A DNA stretch of 64,000 nt from a virus: positions 28,896 through 92,895 of the IMG/VR virus record IMGVR_UViG_3300010373_000003. The stretch is one strand, 5' to 3'. A model generated the notes under the pieces. It was not told the DNA's origin. It saw only the letters and a program-made list of their open reading frames with translations, and made no database searches. The translations under genes were made by a program, and so were the position numbers. Positions 10,401 through 22,600 of the stretch are shown piece after piece (within the stretch, counting starts at the first letter, position 1; every line of letters starts with the position of its first letter).

Positions 10401-11923
10401 GAGTTGTATTTAACACTGCTAATAATAGAGTTTTTAGAATTAATAATCATGATCATTATTATAAGTTTGAGGTTCCAAATGATAAACCTCATACTTATCA
10501 GAATGATGTTCCTTTTCTAGCTTATTTACAATTACCTATATGTACTGATGTATTCTTTGAAAGTAAGTCTTATAAGAATAGTCCTGTAGGATTTATGTCT
10601 TTAGTTAAAGGTTCAGATGAGAACTCTAATAAGTTTGCTAAAGGTACTATGGTTACTCCTGTTAATAGTATTGATTTATTTGAAAATAGACAAGGTTCTG
10701 CTGATCAGTTTAATCCTAAGACTTATGTTAACTTTAGAGAAGATTTAGTTTCTGTTGAACAATTTGATAAGACTATTCGTAGATCTAATGTTATACAGAA
10801 TGAAAGTAGAGTTAATGGTTGGAGAACTTTCCCTATTGAAGGTTATAAAAATATAACTGAGAATAAAGGAAAGATTACTAATATAATTGGAATAGGTACT
10901 GTTCTACTTGCACATACTGAACATAGTATGTTTATGTTTGATACTGATAATACTCTTAAGACTGAAGGTAAAGATATTCAATTATTACAACCTGATGCTT
11001 TTGAAGTATCGTACAATGAAGTGTTTACTTCTGATAAAGGTTTTGGTGGTTTACAAGATGATAAATCATATATTGTTAATGACTTTGGTTATATATTTTA
11101 TAGTGATGATACTAATCGTATTTATCGGTTTGACGATAAGCAGTTAGATAACATGGACGAAGATATAATACAATGGCTTAAAAAATATAAACCTTTTAAT
11201 GTTAGGATGGCTAACGATAAAGAAAATAATCGTATACTTATGAAATTCGATTATCTTGTTACTGGACTAACTAGAAGTACTGTTATTAGTTATAATTATA
11301 ATGAGAAGAATTTTGTATCTCAACATCCTTATTACTTTGACGAAGCTTTTAATACTAAAGTTGGTTTATACTTACAATGCACTAATGATCATAATGGATG
11401 CTCTTTACATAATTTTGATTATAAAGGAGATGTTTATGGTAGATATGATAATATCAAAGGTACATTAGGTCAATCAATTGTTGCTCATTCTAAACTTAGT
11501 TTTATTATTAATGATTCTTATAGTATTGTTAAGTTCTTAGAGTATATTACTTATAAACTTACTAAGTATGCCGAGTATTCCGGTACTGATTTTACTAACT
11601 TGCCCGTAGAGGAATACAAGACTCCTTATGCTGGATATACACTTGCTGTATATAATAATAATGTTAATACTGGTGTATTAAATATAACTACTGACATTGA
11701 AGCAAACAAAAACATGTTTGATGTTATTGACAAACCTTATTGGGATTTAGGAGTTTGGAACTTTAGTTATCTTCGTAATAGAATAAGTGAACTAAATAAT
11801 GGAGTTAGTGATGATAATATAACTAGATTATTTGGTAACTATTTCATTGTTGAATTTGTATTTGATAACGAGGACGGTCGTAAGATTGATTTTGAAGAAT
11901 TAAATTATAATGTTTCTGAGTAA
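7463..11923 (+). CDS. tail stabilisation / muzzle (nozzle) protein
   Basis: 1486 aa, beta-rich; N-terminal LNLNKHPKD..SLVNA, YKNRLYISNY, IPGEVYNFNIHF, KGKITNI motifs typical of crAss stabilisation proteins; synteny. Confidence 0.7.
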   Translation: MSVNTKLNLNKHPKDNDNLSLVNAQAVKISHDGSCITSEDSIKENSFIHNYLSAFYGTNPVIGYKIVGIIPCNNELVIVVKPSNTVDDADIFRYQEPINDNIEKMYCAYGGLGSPNRFKYQGGLIKGAFTYNVENSLVIAISEYGNSNIRIPLRTINLGNSDDPTVYNDKDLSNSKLYISPEVRLPSVNNLDYTAGSAYKGWYYMFIRYKINSVDYTQWYSIGPPIYIDTLEQYQIIRYPFGRDTKFAASALNDIVSPAWPDDGYGAGASDYFSNSSDIAKETFKVDLYFNKNIDYTKYQIGVICASKSYTKAFRTADIYLDKNYNEGFNVRIQKYVLDNKSLIEYNVSSFITDNGNYFNSKNVINYKNRLYISNYLEDNANNDDIPQSIIDSINVNLYTSYVRDYGLVYDTALIVNWVTGANQYDTYKFTEIPLARFLNISEETIVTISASGHTTKISKAGQFYITSGNSVPGYAYIQLREPGPLGSVSVTNYGVQPYSDYIYLAIADVNNNPQSNFTFDPVRSAINGGMMYTNTNIDFDSRKKQSCLIPGEVYNFNIHFTNKYSGATNGYRIPNNTKWIVNGEPNREIIPISFNLRVNSETVTYYAAMDVDSNVAREDFTVNERYSINVNGIRFFKQYNTFGTSPTLSSEVTSPSDLQSCVAAFKEFFSSYNSDKFSTTKWYQVSYGPGGDKFHLFINNNGDRLFKIPTIESFTGAWDGFPDEVAPFKQYNLHTLMRASFDNIEIPEGYDGFYISYEKFESQARATGLLTRNDFRTQDWIVKGGNTVQLGTRNSAKSDKMFFYSSTYDISDTIKLDYSIMRIEAINPFKKEDIPEWDYFQRNNTFNFLHDMNKPQVASYFEDVQRTYAMPEYKIAVADSVADDRMGVGTALQIKDSYNLFASYVTSAGIHDRLKVYRVTLLNTTRDIYMSDSKTLIRLGDVVYRSEGAPTNYKYSQYINSGYNGHYTYDGIPIYENAGVVFNTANNRVFRINNHDHYYKFEVPNDKPHTYQNDVPFLAYLQLPICTDVFFESKSYKNSPVGFMSLVKGSDENSNKFAKGTMVTPVNSIDLFENRQGSADQFNPKTYVNFREDLVSVEQFDKTIRRSNVIQNESRVNGWRTFPIEGYKNITENKGKITNIIGIGTVLLAHTEHSMFMFDTDNTLKTEGKDIQLLQPDAFEVSYNEVFTSDKGFGGLQDDKSYIVNDFGYIFYSDDTNRIYRFDDKQLDNMDEDIIQWLKKYKPFNVRMANDKENNRILMKFDYLVTGLTRSTVISYNYNEKNFVSQHPYYFDEAFNTKVGLYLQCTNDHNGCSLHNFDYKGDVYGRYDNIKGTLGQSIVAHSKLSFIINDSYSIVKFLEYITYKLTKYAEYSGTDFTNLPVEEYKTPYAGYTLAVYNNNVNTGVLNITTDIEANKNMFDVIDKPYWDLGVWNFSYLRNRISELNNGVSDDNITRLFGNYFIVEFVFDNEDGRKIDFEELNYNVSE
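11599..11613 (-). repeat. dispersed motif copy 2 (TCCTCTACGGGCAAG)
   Basis: Exact core; antisense, encodes LPVEE. Confidence 0.95.
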
Positions 11924-11932
11924 GATATAGAT

Positions 11933-12601
11933 ATGAAACGTAGAGTAGTTAAAAAGAATGGTCGTAAGGAAGCTTTCCTAGGGGCCATTATAGGTACAGT
12001 TGCAGGTATTGCAGGTAGTATTATTAGTGGTAAAAAGCAGAAGAAAGCTGATGAATTAGCTTTTAAGCAAGCACAAGCTGAACAGAATAGAATAGATGGT
12101 TTACAACAAGCCCAAGCTTTAAGTAGTAGTTATGCTAATCAAAGTTATGTTGATCAATACAAAGATAAAGTTGTTCTTAAAAATGGTGGTAAAATGAAAG
12201 TTAAAGCAGTTAAAAAAGGAGATCGTATAGATACTTTTAAAAAGTATAAAGTAGGAGGTAGAATACCTATTGGTAGCAATAAGAAAGAATATGGTTCCCT
12301 TATAGGTAAAGATGGTATTGGTGGTGTTGTTAGCGGTGGAATTGGAGGTGTTGGCAGTTTAATAAGTTCTATATTTAGTAAACCTAAAGCTCCTAAAACA
12401 ATTGTTAAATCTGATGGTTTTTCAGTTGCTGCACCTAAAACAGGCATTGCTCCTACTAGTTATACTTTAGATGCTGATGGTAATCCTTTAACTACTGTTC
12501 CTACTATTCCTGCTTCTATTGAACCTCAATTAGACGGACTTACTGGTCAGCGTATGAAATTGCCACAGGCTAAGGTAGGTAAGAGACTTATATTAAAATA
12601 G
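11933..12601 (+). CDS. virion cargo/ejection protein with Gly-rich membrane segments
   Basis: AFLGAIIGTVAGIAGSII and GIGGVVSGGIGGVGSLISSIF; basic xxGG repeats; follows the muzzle gene. Confidence 0.55.
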   Translation: MKRRVVKKNGRKEAFLGAIIGTVAGIAGSIISGKKQKKADELAFKQAQAEQNRIDGLQQAQALSSSYANQSYVDQYKDKVVLKNGGKMKVKAVKKGDRIDTFKKYKVGGRIPIGSNKKEYGSLIGKDGIGGVVSGGIGGVGSLISSIFSKPKAPKTIVKSDGFSVAAPKTGIAPTSYTLDADGNPLTTVPTIPASIEPQLDGLTGQRMKLPQAKVGKRLILK

Positions 12602-12715
12602 ATAGCTATTTAAGGCTATCTATTATAGTTTATATATGATCCTTTACATTTATATGGGATTATATAGTAATGCTCTTATACGCCATAATAGTTAGTCATA
12701 ATAATTAATAATTAT

Positions 12716-13993
12716 ATGAAGTCTAATAAAGTACTTAAGCCTAAAGTTGTTAGAGGAGGAGCTGCTGTTCCTCTTGGTAAGAACTTTTATTATATGAACG
12801 GTCGTAAACATGAAGATGGAGGTATTGCTATTGGTAAGAATCCTCGTACTGGTCTTGAAGTTGAAGACGGTGAAGTAATGCATTTAACTAATAAAGAAGT
12901 TAAAGTATTTAGTTCAGTTCCTTTTCTTAATAATGAATCACCTGCTCAAAGAGTAATGAAAGGTGAAGATGCTAATAAAGTCTTTAATGCTCAAGAAGAC
13001 TATAAACAAACTAATGGTATTAATGATGATGGTAGTTTAAAACAAAAAGGAAATAAAGATATGAAACGTAGTAAACACGCTATTGGAGGTAAAAAGAAAA
13101 GTCCTTCTCTTTCTCCTGTTGCTAATAATATTCAACTTGGAGGATATGATCCTACTCCTTACAATGATTTAAAACTAACAGCTGAAGCTGATATGTTAAC
13201 AGGTATGAGAGATGTTAATCCTGTTAATCCTGCTACTCCTAATAGATTCAATAGAGTCTTAACAGATGTTAAAATTGGAGCTCAAAGAGTAGGAGAAGGT
13301 ATTAACAAATTCTATAATGATAGACCTGGTGCTCTCGGTGATACTATTGGAGTTGGTGCTAACATAATTGGAGGACTTGTTGCTAATAGAGCTAACAATA
13401 AGATGTTAGACAAACTTGAATATTCTAAACAACCTACTCCTCGTAAAGCTACAAAGCTTAAAACTAATATTAATATTAATCCTCAACTTGATAAGATGCG
13501 AGAATCTCTTGCAGATTATGAAAGAGATATTGAGGGAAATACTGCTAGTTCTAGAGTATCTGTTGCTAGAAAACAAAGAGGTCGTGTTGCTAATACATTA
13601 CAGACTAATGAGTTGTATGGTAATAAAGAGAATCTAGAAACTGAATTGGTTAATAGAGATAGAATTAATCAACAACAAGTTGGTAATGCTAACATTGAAG
13701 ATTATAATCGTTGGCAAGAAGGTAAATCGGCATTTAATAATGCTGTTAGAGAAAAACGTTCTGAGAATACAGTTGGTCTTGTAGAAACACTTAATGCAGG
13801 TGTACAAGATGTTATAACTAGAGGTGAGAAACGTAGTGCTACCAGAGAAAACATGTTAACTATGGCTGCTGCTAGTCCTAATGTTAATCCTAGAATACTA
13901 AAAGATTTAGGAGTTAAAAACATAACGGATCAAATGGTTGCAGATTGGGATAGAGCTAATGCTAAGAAACGTAAGAAATCTAATAGTAAATAA
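12716..13993 (+). CDS. virion cargo/ejection protein
   Basis: NGRKHEDGGI...EVEDGE motif typical of crAss cargo proteins; Gly-rich hydrophobic stretch; coiled-coil C-terminal half. Confidence 0.6.
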   Translation: MKSNKVLKPKVVRGGAAVPLGKNFYYMNGRKHEDGGIAIGKNPRTGLEVEDGEVMHLTNKEVKVFSSVPFLNNESPAQRVMKGEDANKVFNAQEDYKQTNGINDDGSLKQKGNKDMKRSKHAIGGKKKSPSLSPVANNIQLGGYDPTPYNDLKLTAEADMLTGMRDVNPVNPATPNRFNRVLTDVKIGAQRVGEGINKFYNDRPGALGDTIGVGANIIGGLVANRANNKMLDKLEYSKQPTPRKATKLKTNININPQLDKMRESLADYERDIEGNTASSRVSVARKQRGRVANTLQTNELYGNKENLETELVNRDRINQQQVGNANIEDYNRWQEGKSAFNNAVREKRSENTVGLVETLNAGVQDVITRGEKRSATRENMLTMAAASPNVNPRILKDLGVKNITDQMVADWDRANAKKRKKSNSK

Positions 13994-14002
13994 TATCCTG
14001 AA

Positions 14003-16654
14003 ATGAAGAATTTTAATTATATTAATAGAGAATCTGTTAATCCTATTGACTTAAATGTTTTAGGAAGAACTTATAATACTCTTGAACAAGGACACCAAGA
14101 AGCAGTAAAGGCTGCTTCAGACCTTGAAGTTACAATGGCTAGTCTTGATCTTAATGAAGCTGAGTCTGGGTATAGACAACAGAAGCTTGCTGAGATTAGA
14201 CAGACTGTAGCTGATAATACTAATCACGGTAATGCTTATGGAGCATTAGATGATATTATTTCTAAAGCTGGTAATATTGCTTCTGATCATGGTATGATTG
14301 GAAGATTACAAGCACAAAAGGATTTTAAGACATATAGAGAAGGTCTTGAAAAACGAACTGATCTTCCTGAAGATTATAAAGATTATTATAGAGAAGCTAA
14401 TCCTTATCATTATAAAGATAAAGTAGATGAGACTACTGGTCAAGTTATAGGAGGTACTAAATGGCAACCTATGACTTCTCCAACTCAAGTAGTTCCTCTT
14501 AATGAGATTATATCCCAAGGTCTTAAGTGGGCAGCTAAAGAGAGTGGTGGAGGTGAAGCTACTAGATGGATTGATGTTCAAGGTAGAGTTACAAATGATC
14601 CTTCTCAAGCTTATGATGGTCAAGTATATAATAGTACTAGTAACCAATGGGAGAAGCTTAGTAAAGAGAAGATTAGACAAGGTATTAAAGCTTCTATAGC
14701 TGCTACTCCTGGCGCTAAAGAAAGTATTGCTCAAGATTATAAGATAGCTGAATGGAAACATGGTAAAAATGTTAGAGCTAATGGAGGTAAACCTGTTGTA
14801 GGTGATGTTACTGATAGAAATGGTATTCTTCTTAATGAAGATGAATATCTATTTAAACGTGTTGATCCTGCAGTTCAAGCTGCTTCTTATCATAATTCTG
14901 TTAGTAAAACTAATTATGGTCAAGGTTTAGCTACTTATAAAGCTGGAGTTAAAGCCGCTGCCAATGCTGCTGCTAATCAACAAAACACTATGACTGATGC
15001 TATGATTGGAGGTAGAGATACTCCTGTTAGTGTTCCTATAGATGCAGCTGCTAGTTTTGTTGCTGTTAAGAATACATCTGGTAATCAGCTTAAAGATATA
15101 TACAAAAAGATTACAGGTAGTGATCTACATATTGCAGATACTGGTGGTATTAGTAATATGGAAGGTTTGCTAGACAAATATAATGTTCCTGCTGCTGCTA
15201 GACAACAAGTTAGATCATTAGTTAAATCTTATAATGAAGGTGTTCATAATCTTCAAGCTTATACTAATAAAATGTCTCCTACTGATAAAGCAGAGTTTGA
15301 ATTTGCTGCTCGTATGAAGTCAGGAGGTGAACTTAAGTCTAGCGCTAACGGTGGTTCTAAATATGATGATCGTGCTATTGAACTTATTAATAAGTTATAT
15401 AAGAATGGTAATTCTATTGAAGTTGATCTAAGTGATGATAGTATTAGAAAAGAGTTTGAAAATATTATAGGCGGAGGTCAATATAATGGTTATAAGAACC
15501 TTGGTATAGAGGTTGCTAATAACAAAATTACTATTCCTAAGAGTTCTATGTATAGTACTCCTCTTATATTTGATGCTTTAGAGAAAGCTAAACAAAGTGC
15601 TAAGTCTGTTAGAAATGAAAAAGGTAGTTTCATAGATAAGTATTTTAGACCTGATCCAGTATATACTGTAAAAGGTGTTAATGCTTCAGGAGATGCTGTT
15701 GGAGTTAATAGATTGATTGATGAAAGTCATGATCTCATTGCTACTAGACTTCGTACTGGTTTTGCTAAAGCTGATGAAATAGGTAAGACTGTATCTAATA
15801 AATATAAGATTGCTAACAAAGAAGTTCAATTAAGTAGTTTAAATCTTGATGGTAATCATTTTACTGATGGTACTTTACTAGATCAATATAATAAAGGTAT
15901 TCTATCTAAAGAAGAGTATGGTGTTCAAAAGAAATACTATGATGACTCTTTTGATAATATTCTTTCTAATACTGACTTTAGTCAAATGGATATGTATCAT
16001 CTTGCAGATGGTGATAATGTTAAACGTAGAGTTGTAGATGGAGCTGAAAGATTTAACTTTGGTTCTGATATTCTTAAAGCTGTTAAAGATAAAAGAGTTA
16101 CAGTAACTCCTTCTATAGTCCCAGGTATTAGTGATCCTGTATCTGGTGCACCTATTGCAGGTTATAACATTACTGTTCTTCCTGAAAAGAAAGATGGTAA
16201 GAATAGTACTGAGGCTCCTAAACGTTTTTATATACCCGGAATGGTAAATGAAACTGCTTCTAAACATATGATGCAAGATCCTACTGTTCAAGCGTTTAAT
16301 GCTATTACAATAGCTGGTGCTACTAAATCTACTAAATCATTAACAGATACCAATGTTAACCCTAAGCTTGGTAATATATCTGTAAGTGGTATGGGAGATA
16401 ACAACTTTATGGTTGACTTTAACGGTATTAAGAAACAAGTTAATCAAGAGACTGCTGTAGGTTTAACTACTGCTCTTAATAACTATAACGCTGTTAAGAA
16501 TAGAGTTCTAGCTGAAAGTTATGGTAAATCTGATTATCAATTGAATCCTGCTATGAAAAGCACTATTGCTAATGCAGCTACTACAATTGGTAGAATAACA
16601 GGTACTAACCCTAATGCTGTTCTTGAGAAACTTATTGATGACATTAATAAATAA
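14003..16654 (+). CDS. virion cargo/ejection protein
   Basis: 883 aa helical protein between the cargo genes and the RNAP gene. Confidence 0.5.
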   Translation: MKNFNYINRESVNPIDLNVLGRTYNTLEQGHQEAVKAASDLEVTMASLDLNEAESGYRQQKLAEIRQTVADNTNHGNAYGALDDIISKAGNIASDHGMIGRLQAQKDFKTYREGLEKRTDLPEDYKDYYREANPYHYKDKVDETTGQVIGGTKWQPMTSPTQVVPLNEIISQGLKWAAKESGGGEATRWIDVQGRVTNDPSQAYDGQVYNSTSNQWEKLSKEKIRQGIKASIAATPGAKESIAQDYKIAEWKHGKNVRANGGKPVVGDVTDRNGILLNEDEYLFKRVDPAVQAASYHNSVSKTNYGQGLATYKAGVKAAANAAANQQNTMTDAMIGGRDTPVSVPIDAAASFVAVKNTSGNQLKDIYKKITGSDLHIADTGGISNMEGLLDKYNVPAAARQQVRSLVKSYNEGVHNLQAYTNKMSPTDKAEFEFAARMKSGGELKSSANGGSKYDDRAIELINKLYKNGNSIEVDLSDDSIRKEFENIIGGGQYNGYKNLGIEVANNKITIPKSSMYSTPLIFDALEKAKQSAKSVRNEKGSFIDKYFRPDPVYTVKGVNASGDAVGVNRLIDESHDLIATRLRTGFAKADEIGKTVSNKYKIANKEVQLSSLNLDGNHFTDGTLLDQYNKGILSKEEYGVQKKYYDDSFDNILSNTDFSQMDMYHLADGDNVKRRVVDGAERFNFGSDILKAVKDKRVTVTPSIVPGISDPVSGAPIAGYNITVLPEKKDGKNSTEAPKRFYIPGMVNETASKHMMQDPTVQAFNAITIAGATKSTKSLTDTNVNPKLGNISVSGMGDNNFMVDFNGIKKQVNQETAVGLTTALNNYNAVKNRVLAESYGKSDYQLNPAMKSTIANAATTIGRITGTNPNAVLEKLIDDINK

Positions 16655-16663
16655 AATATCTAT

Positions 16664-19600
16664 ATGGATATTAATGACTTTTTAAATAACGGAGTTACGG
16701 TTAAGAACCCTAATTATAAGAAACCCACTAAGAGAGATCCTAGTGGGTCTCCTCGTTTTATACAATCTGGTGATTACAATGCAGCTGTTGATCGTGATAG
16801 TCGTATTGGTGGATTTCTTGCTGAAAATAGTTATGATCTAACAGGTCTTAACAATGACGAGAATAAGTATGCTGATTATGATGTCCGTATTAACCCAGTT
16901 AATACTAAAGATGAACTTGATCAACAACGTGCTAAGAACCAATCTGCTTGGGAACAAACAGGTAGACTTGTTACGCAAGCTGTAGGTAATGAAATAGTTC
17001 TAGGTACTGCTTTAGGATTATCCAATCTTGTAGATATGGGTGTTAATATTGGTAAAGAGGCTGGAAAAGATGATTATACTAATCCTTTTAGTACTTTCTT
17101 AGAAGGTAAACAAGATGAGATTAGAAAAGCTTTTGAGATATACCAAGAGAATCCTAATGAGACTTTTCAAGTTGGAGACTTTGGATGGTGGGCAGGTAAT
17201 GCTGTAAGTGTTGCTTCTACATTATCTATGCTTATACCTTCAATGGCAGTTACTAAAGGTTTAGGTGCAGCTGGTAAATTTGCTAAACTTGAAAGACTTA
17301 GTACTGGTATTGCTAAAGCAGCTAGTGGTGTAGGTCTAACAAAGAATACTGCTACATTAGCTAGAGCTATTAACTCTGGTGCTGAAATAGGTACCGCAGC
17401 GTTACTTAGTAGAACAATGGAAGGATATCTTGAAGCTAGAGGTGTTTATAAGGAAACTTATGATAAATCTTTAGGTAAACTTGAATCTATGACTGTTGAT
17501 GAGAAAGCTAAGCTTTTTAAGAATAATCCTCAGTTTGTTGGAATGTCTAATGAAGAAATGGCTAGTAATATGTCTAGTTTTTCTGCTGATGAAACCTTTA
17601 AGAATGATTATGCAATGTTACTATTTGATATTGCTCAATTTAAAGCTTTAGGTTCTATGTGGAAAGGTGTTGCTAATAAAGCAGTTAACTCTACTCTAAG
17701 AACAGCTAATAGAAATGCTATTGCTGGACTTGCTGATGATGGAGCAGCTGCTATTGGAAACATGGGATTCTTTGCTAAACGTGCTGAGATTATTAAACAT
17801 GCTATAAAGAATCCTATGAGTAGTCTTACAGCTATTCAACTTAGTGAAGGTCTTGAAGAAGGTTATCAAGGAGTTCAAACAGAGAAAGGTAAAGAGATTG
17901 CTGAAAAGATGCTTGATCCTAATTTTAATGCTAGAACTCTTGAAAGTTATCTTAAAGATGGTGCTATATGGGAACAAGCATTTTGGGGAGTAGTTGGAGG
18001 AATGGCTTTCCAATCTATAGGTACTGGTGTTGGTAATTTAGCTACAGCTGTTAAAGGTAAAGTTAATAAACGTACTATGTCTGAAGAAGATTATGCTCTT
18101 TCTCAAATGACTGATGAAAAGATCAGAGAACAAGAGATTGTAGGTCGTCAGGCTCGTATGCAAGACTTTACAGAGAGTATGCAGCTTCTTAATAATGGTA
18201 AGAATCCTTTTGGTTATAAGATTGATCCTGATACTAAACAACCTATTCTAGCAGACGGTAGTAAAGTCAATGAAGATGTTAGTCAAGAAGAAGCTGAATT
18301 GCTTAAGACTCAACTTACTAATGATTTTGTTACTAATATGGTATTAGATGCTACTGATAAAGGTAATTACGATCTATTCAAAGAATATGTTACTGATCAG
18401 AACTTTGATAAGTTCTTTCAAGATGCTGGACTAGAGTCTAACTCTGGTGATAAATCTTTTAGTAGAATGTTAGTTGATAAGATGGATCAAACATATGAAG
18501 AATACAATGGTGCTCTTTATGATGTTATGAATTCTATTAGTGTAGAGAATGAAAGTGTGGCTAAGATTGTGGCACGAAGTATTGCTAGAAGAAAACTACA
18601 AGTATCAGACTTATATAATAGTTCTGATGATCTAGCTAATCAAATAGCAACTAACGCAGATACTACTGATTATATAGATTATGAAGAGAATCAAAGAGTT
18701 AAATATGTAAAAGATCGTATAGCTGAAATAGATAAAAAAGAACAAGGTCTTCAAGAAATGTTAACTAATAAACAAATTAGTTCTCAAGCTGTAGATCAAA
18801 TTATTAAAGAAAATAATATTAGACGTAATCAACTTCTAGCATTTGCTTCTACTGGTAATATGTTTGGTAACCCTGATGTTATAAGCAATATCTTAAGTTC
18901 TAATATTAATGATGCTAATACTGGTGAATTCTTAGCAGAGTTTAATAAGTTCTTAGCAACTATTGATCAAGATGTTAAACCCGGTACTCCTAAGAAGTCT
19001 GTTCAAGATATTGTTAAAAAGAAGATTGAAGTAGATGATCATTTAGATTATATTGAGAAAACATTACCTACTACACAATCTAACTATCAAACAGAATATG
19101 ATGATGTTGCTAGAAATGTAGATAGACTTACTGTTGAAAGATATGATAAAGCTGTAGACATTGTAGGAGAATATATAGAATCTCAACCAGATCTAGATAC
19201 AGCTCATAACAATGTTATGACTAATAATGTTCCTGCTAATATAAAGGAACAATTAGATATACTTAAACTTGGACATCATAGTACTTCTAAATATACTAGT
19301 CAGATTAATTCTATATTCAGAGAAGTTAACAATGATAGAACAGCAGCTGCTGCTGAAGCTAGAAATGTTAATGTTGATAATACTGTTACTAATGATACTA
19401 CAGCTGAAAATGATATACTTGATATAGATGGTGTAGTTGCTGAAACTGACAATAGAGAATCTGTCACTGAGTCTTCCTCTACGGGGGAGGTTATACAATC
19501 AGATGTATCAAAACCGGCTGCTGTTGAAGAAGTAGTTAATCCTGAAACATTTATTGCTCCTTTTGACATAGTTGAAGAAGTTGCTTCTTTAGATAAAGCT

Positions 19601-22600
19601 ACTGAAAGTGTTATCAATGATCAAACTAATGATTTTATATTAGACAATGATGCAAGAGCTGTAGGTTTAGCAAGTAGTATTACTTTTAATCTATTTAAAA
19701 CTTCTCGTAATCTATTTGATAATCTAGAAGGTAAAGATGTTAATAGTTCTGAATTTAATAATATTGTTGATATAGTTGCTGATGATTTATTTACACAAGG
19801 TGTATCTAGAGGTTATACTAGACAAGCTGCTGTAGATGGTATTAGAATGGCAATGAATATGATACATCGTAGACTTAGTTCTAAGAATATTAGTGGTGCT
19901 GATATGTTTAAAGTATTAGCTGATCAGCTTGCTAATAAACAAAGAGTTGAAGTTGATAGTGAAGGTAAAGCTTCTACTACTACTCTTATTCCTGATAGTG
20001 AATTTAATCAAGTTATTGATCAGTTCATTGATAATTATATTCAAAATAGAGGAGTATATACTGTTAAAGGATTTAAGACTATTATTAATGTTGAAGATTT
20101 GTTTAGAGAACTATTAAATAATGATGGTATTACTTATGAGCAAGCTAAACATGTATTCTTTAATATAGCTGATTATATCAGAGCAAATAATCCTAAGTAT
20201 ATATTTATTAATAAGACTGATCTTAATAAGAATCTTAAGACTCCTAGTACTTTTTTTAATAATCTTATTAATAATAAATCAACTGTTGAAACAGTAGATA
20301 GTTATATGCATATAGCTGCTCCTTCTAATAAACCTGAAGGTTATGATAAAGCTGTAAATGAAGCTATTAATGGAGAACCAGTTGTTATTAGTTATTTTGA
20401 AGGAGAACGAGGTACTAGTAATAACTCTATTTCTATTAAAAGAAATGGTATTGAGATTGGTTATCTTGGTTCTGTTCAACCTAATCCTATTAATACTGGT
20501 TATAAATTAAAGAGACAGAATCAAGGTTTTGTTTATGATCTTGTTAATAACAATGGTAACATTGAAAGTAATTTAGATAAACTATTTATACCTCTTATTA
20601 ATAGAGAAACTACTAATTATTCTTATTTAATGGATATTGCTTATAAGCAATTTGCTTATGAAAGTGCTATTAAAAATGGATCTTCTAGTCAAGATATTAC
20701 TTCTGATGAAGTGAGAGACATTGTACATAATGCTATGATTAAATCATTAGTTGCTTCAGGAGATATTAAAATACCTGCTGATAAGATTACTGATAAGATG
20801 AAGGCTAAGTATATACTTAATCAAATTAATAACATTATCTTTTATGATAATGCTGCGATTACTACTCCTTTAATATTAGAGAGTTATGCTTATTGGAAGT
20901 CTTCTACTTTTAATAATTATGTTAATACTCATAAGATACAACAAGGTCTTGATACTAACAAAAAGATTAATACTAAGCTTGTAAATGTTGCTACTGGTAA
21001 AGTATTATTAGATAATACTAATCATAATATTTCTGATATAGGTTTTACTTATGAACAAAACCCTATTATGATAGTAGATGCTAATGGTAATATTATCAAT
21101 GAAAAAGCTAATACTAGTTATAGCAATGTAGCTGGATTTGAAGTAGGCACTATGGGTATGTTGATTACTGATAATCCTAGTGCTCCTATTATAGCTTTAT
21201 TTACAGAATCTAATAATGTTTCTAGTAATAAAGAACTTGCTAATAGAGTATATTCTGAACTTACAGATTTACTTACAGGTTTTCAAAATAGAGAAGTTAG
21301 TTTTGATAAACTAGCTACTTCATTAGGAGATATGTTTAGTGGTCCGGGTATTAGAAGTAATAATCTATTTAGTGGTTATAGTGTTATTAAAACTAATGAT
21401 AGAATAGCTCTTAATATACAAGGTCGTAAAGGAGAGTATAATCTTATTGTTCATAAGTTTGAAAAAGGTTCTAATACAGAAGGAACTGGTATTACTCATA
21501 TACCTAATGGTGATAAGAGTAAAGCTAATAGTTCTGTTACTACTAGTAAATCTTTTAATAATGCTATTGCTAAAGAGATTGTTTCTAATCTTACTTTTAA
21601 TAAAACATTCTATGCTATTAACAATAAGAATGTTGATAATGATAAATCTAATCAATATCTGTATAAAGAAGGAGGTAAACTAATAATTGAAATAGGAGGT
21701 AAGAAAGATAGTTATAATAGTTTTGGTCAGTTTGTTTTGACTAATAATGCTTTTAAGACTAATCAAGGTAAAAATAAAGATGGTGGTTTCTTTGACACAA
21801 CTGATGCTGTTAAGTCACTTTACATCAATACTGCAATCATTACCTCGCCCGTAGAGGAAACACCATTGACAGATCGTAATAGAACTGCTTCTGATGTTAT
21901 TAAATCAGCTACTAAGACTGAGAGTGTTAATACTTCTGAAATACTAAGTTTAGCAGGAGTTGAAGAAGATAAGATTGCTGTTCTTACTGGTACTAATCAG
22001 TTTGGTATAGAACTTATTCCTAAGGAATCGTACTTTGATAATCGTGCTACTAAAGCTGAAGCTTATTATAGTAAAGGTAAAATGTACTTTACTAATAAAG
22101 GTGCTAATAATATTAGAAGAAGTCCTAATAACCTTATGAGACTTCTTATTCATGAAAATCTTCATGCTAAGTTTGAAGAACAAGGTTTGTTTCAACAAGC
22201 TGGTATTGTAGATGATCTTATGAATACTTATAATAGTTTTATTGAAGCTGTTAATAATGATACTACAAGTGCTGAAGTTAAAGTTATTAAAAATTGGATT
22301 GAAACTAATAAATTTAATCCTATTGATTATATTAGTACTTTATCTGTCGAACAACAAAGAGCATGGATTAATCGTAGTGATGCTGATAAAGCTGCTCAAT
22401 TTGCTGAAGAATGGTTAGTTGAAAGTCTTACTCAACCTTCTATTATTAGATATCTTAATAATACTATTTATACTGGAGGAGATGTTTCTGTTGAAGGAAT
22501 TGATAATAGTGCTAAGACTATATGGCAACGTATTATAGATGTTCTATTAAAATTATTTGGTAGAAATAGTGGAAATATAAAAAATAATACTATATTAGCA

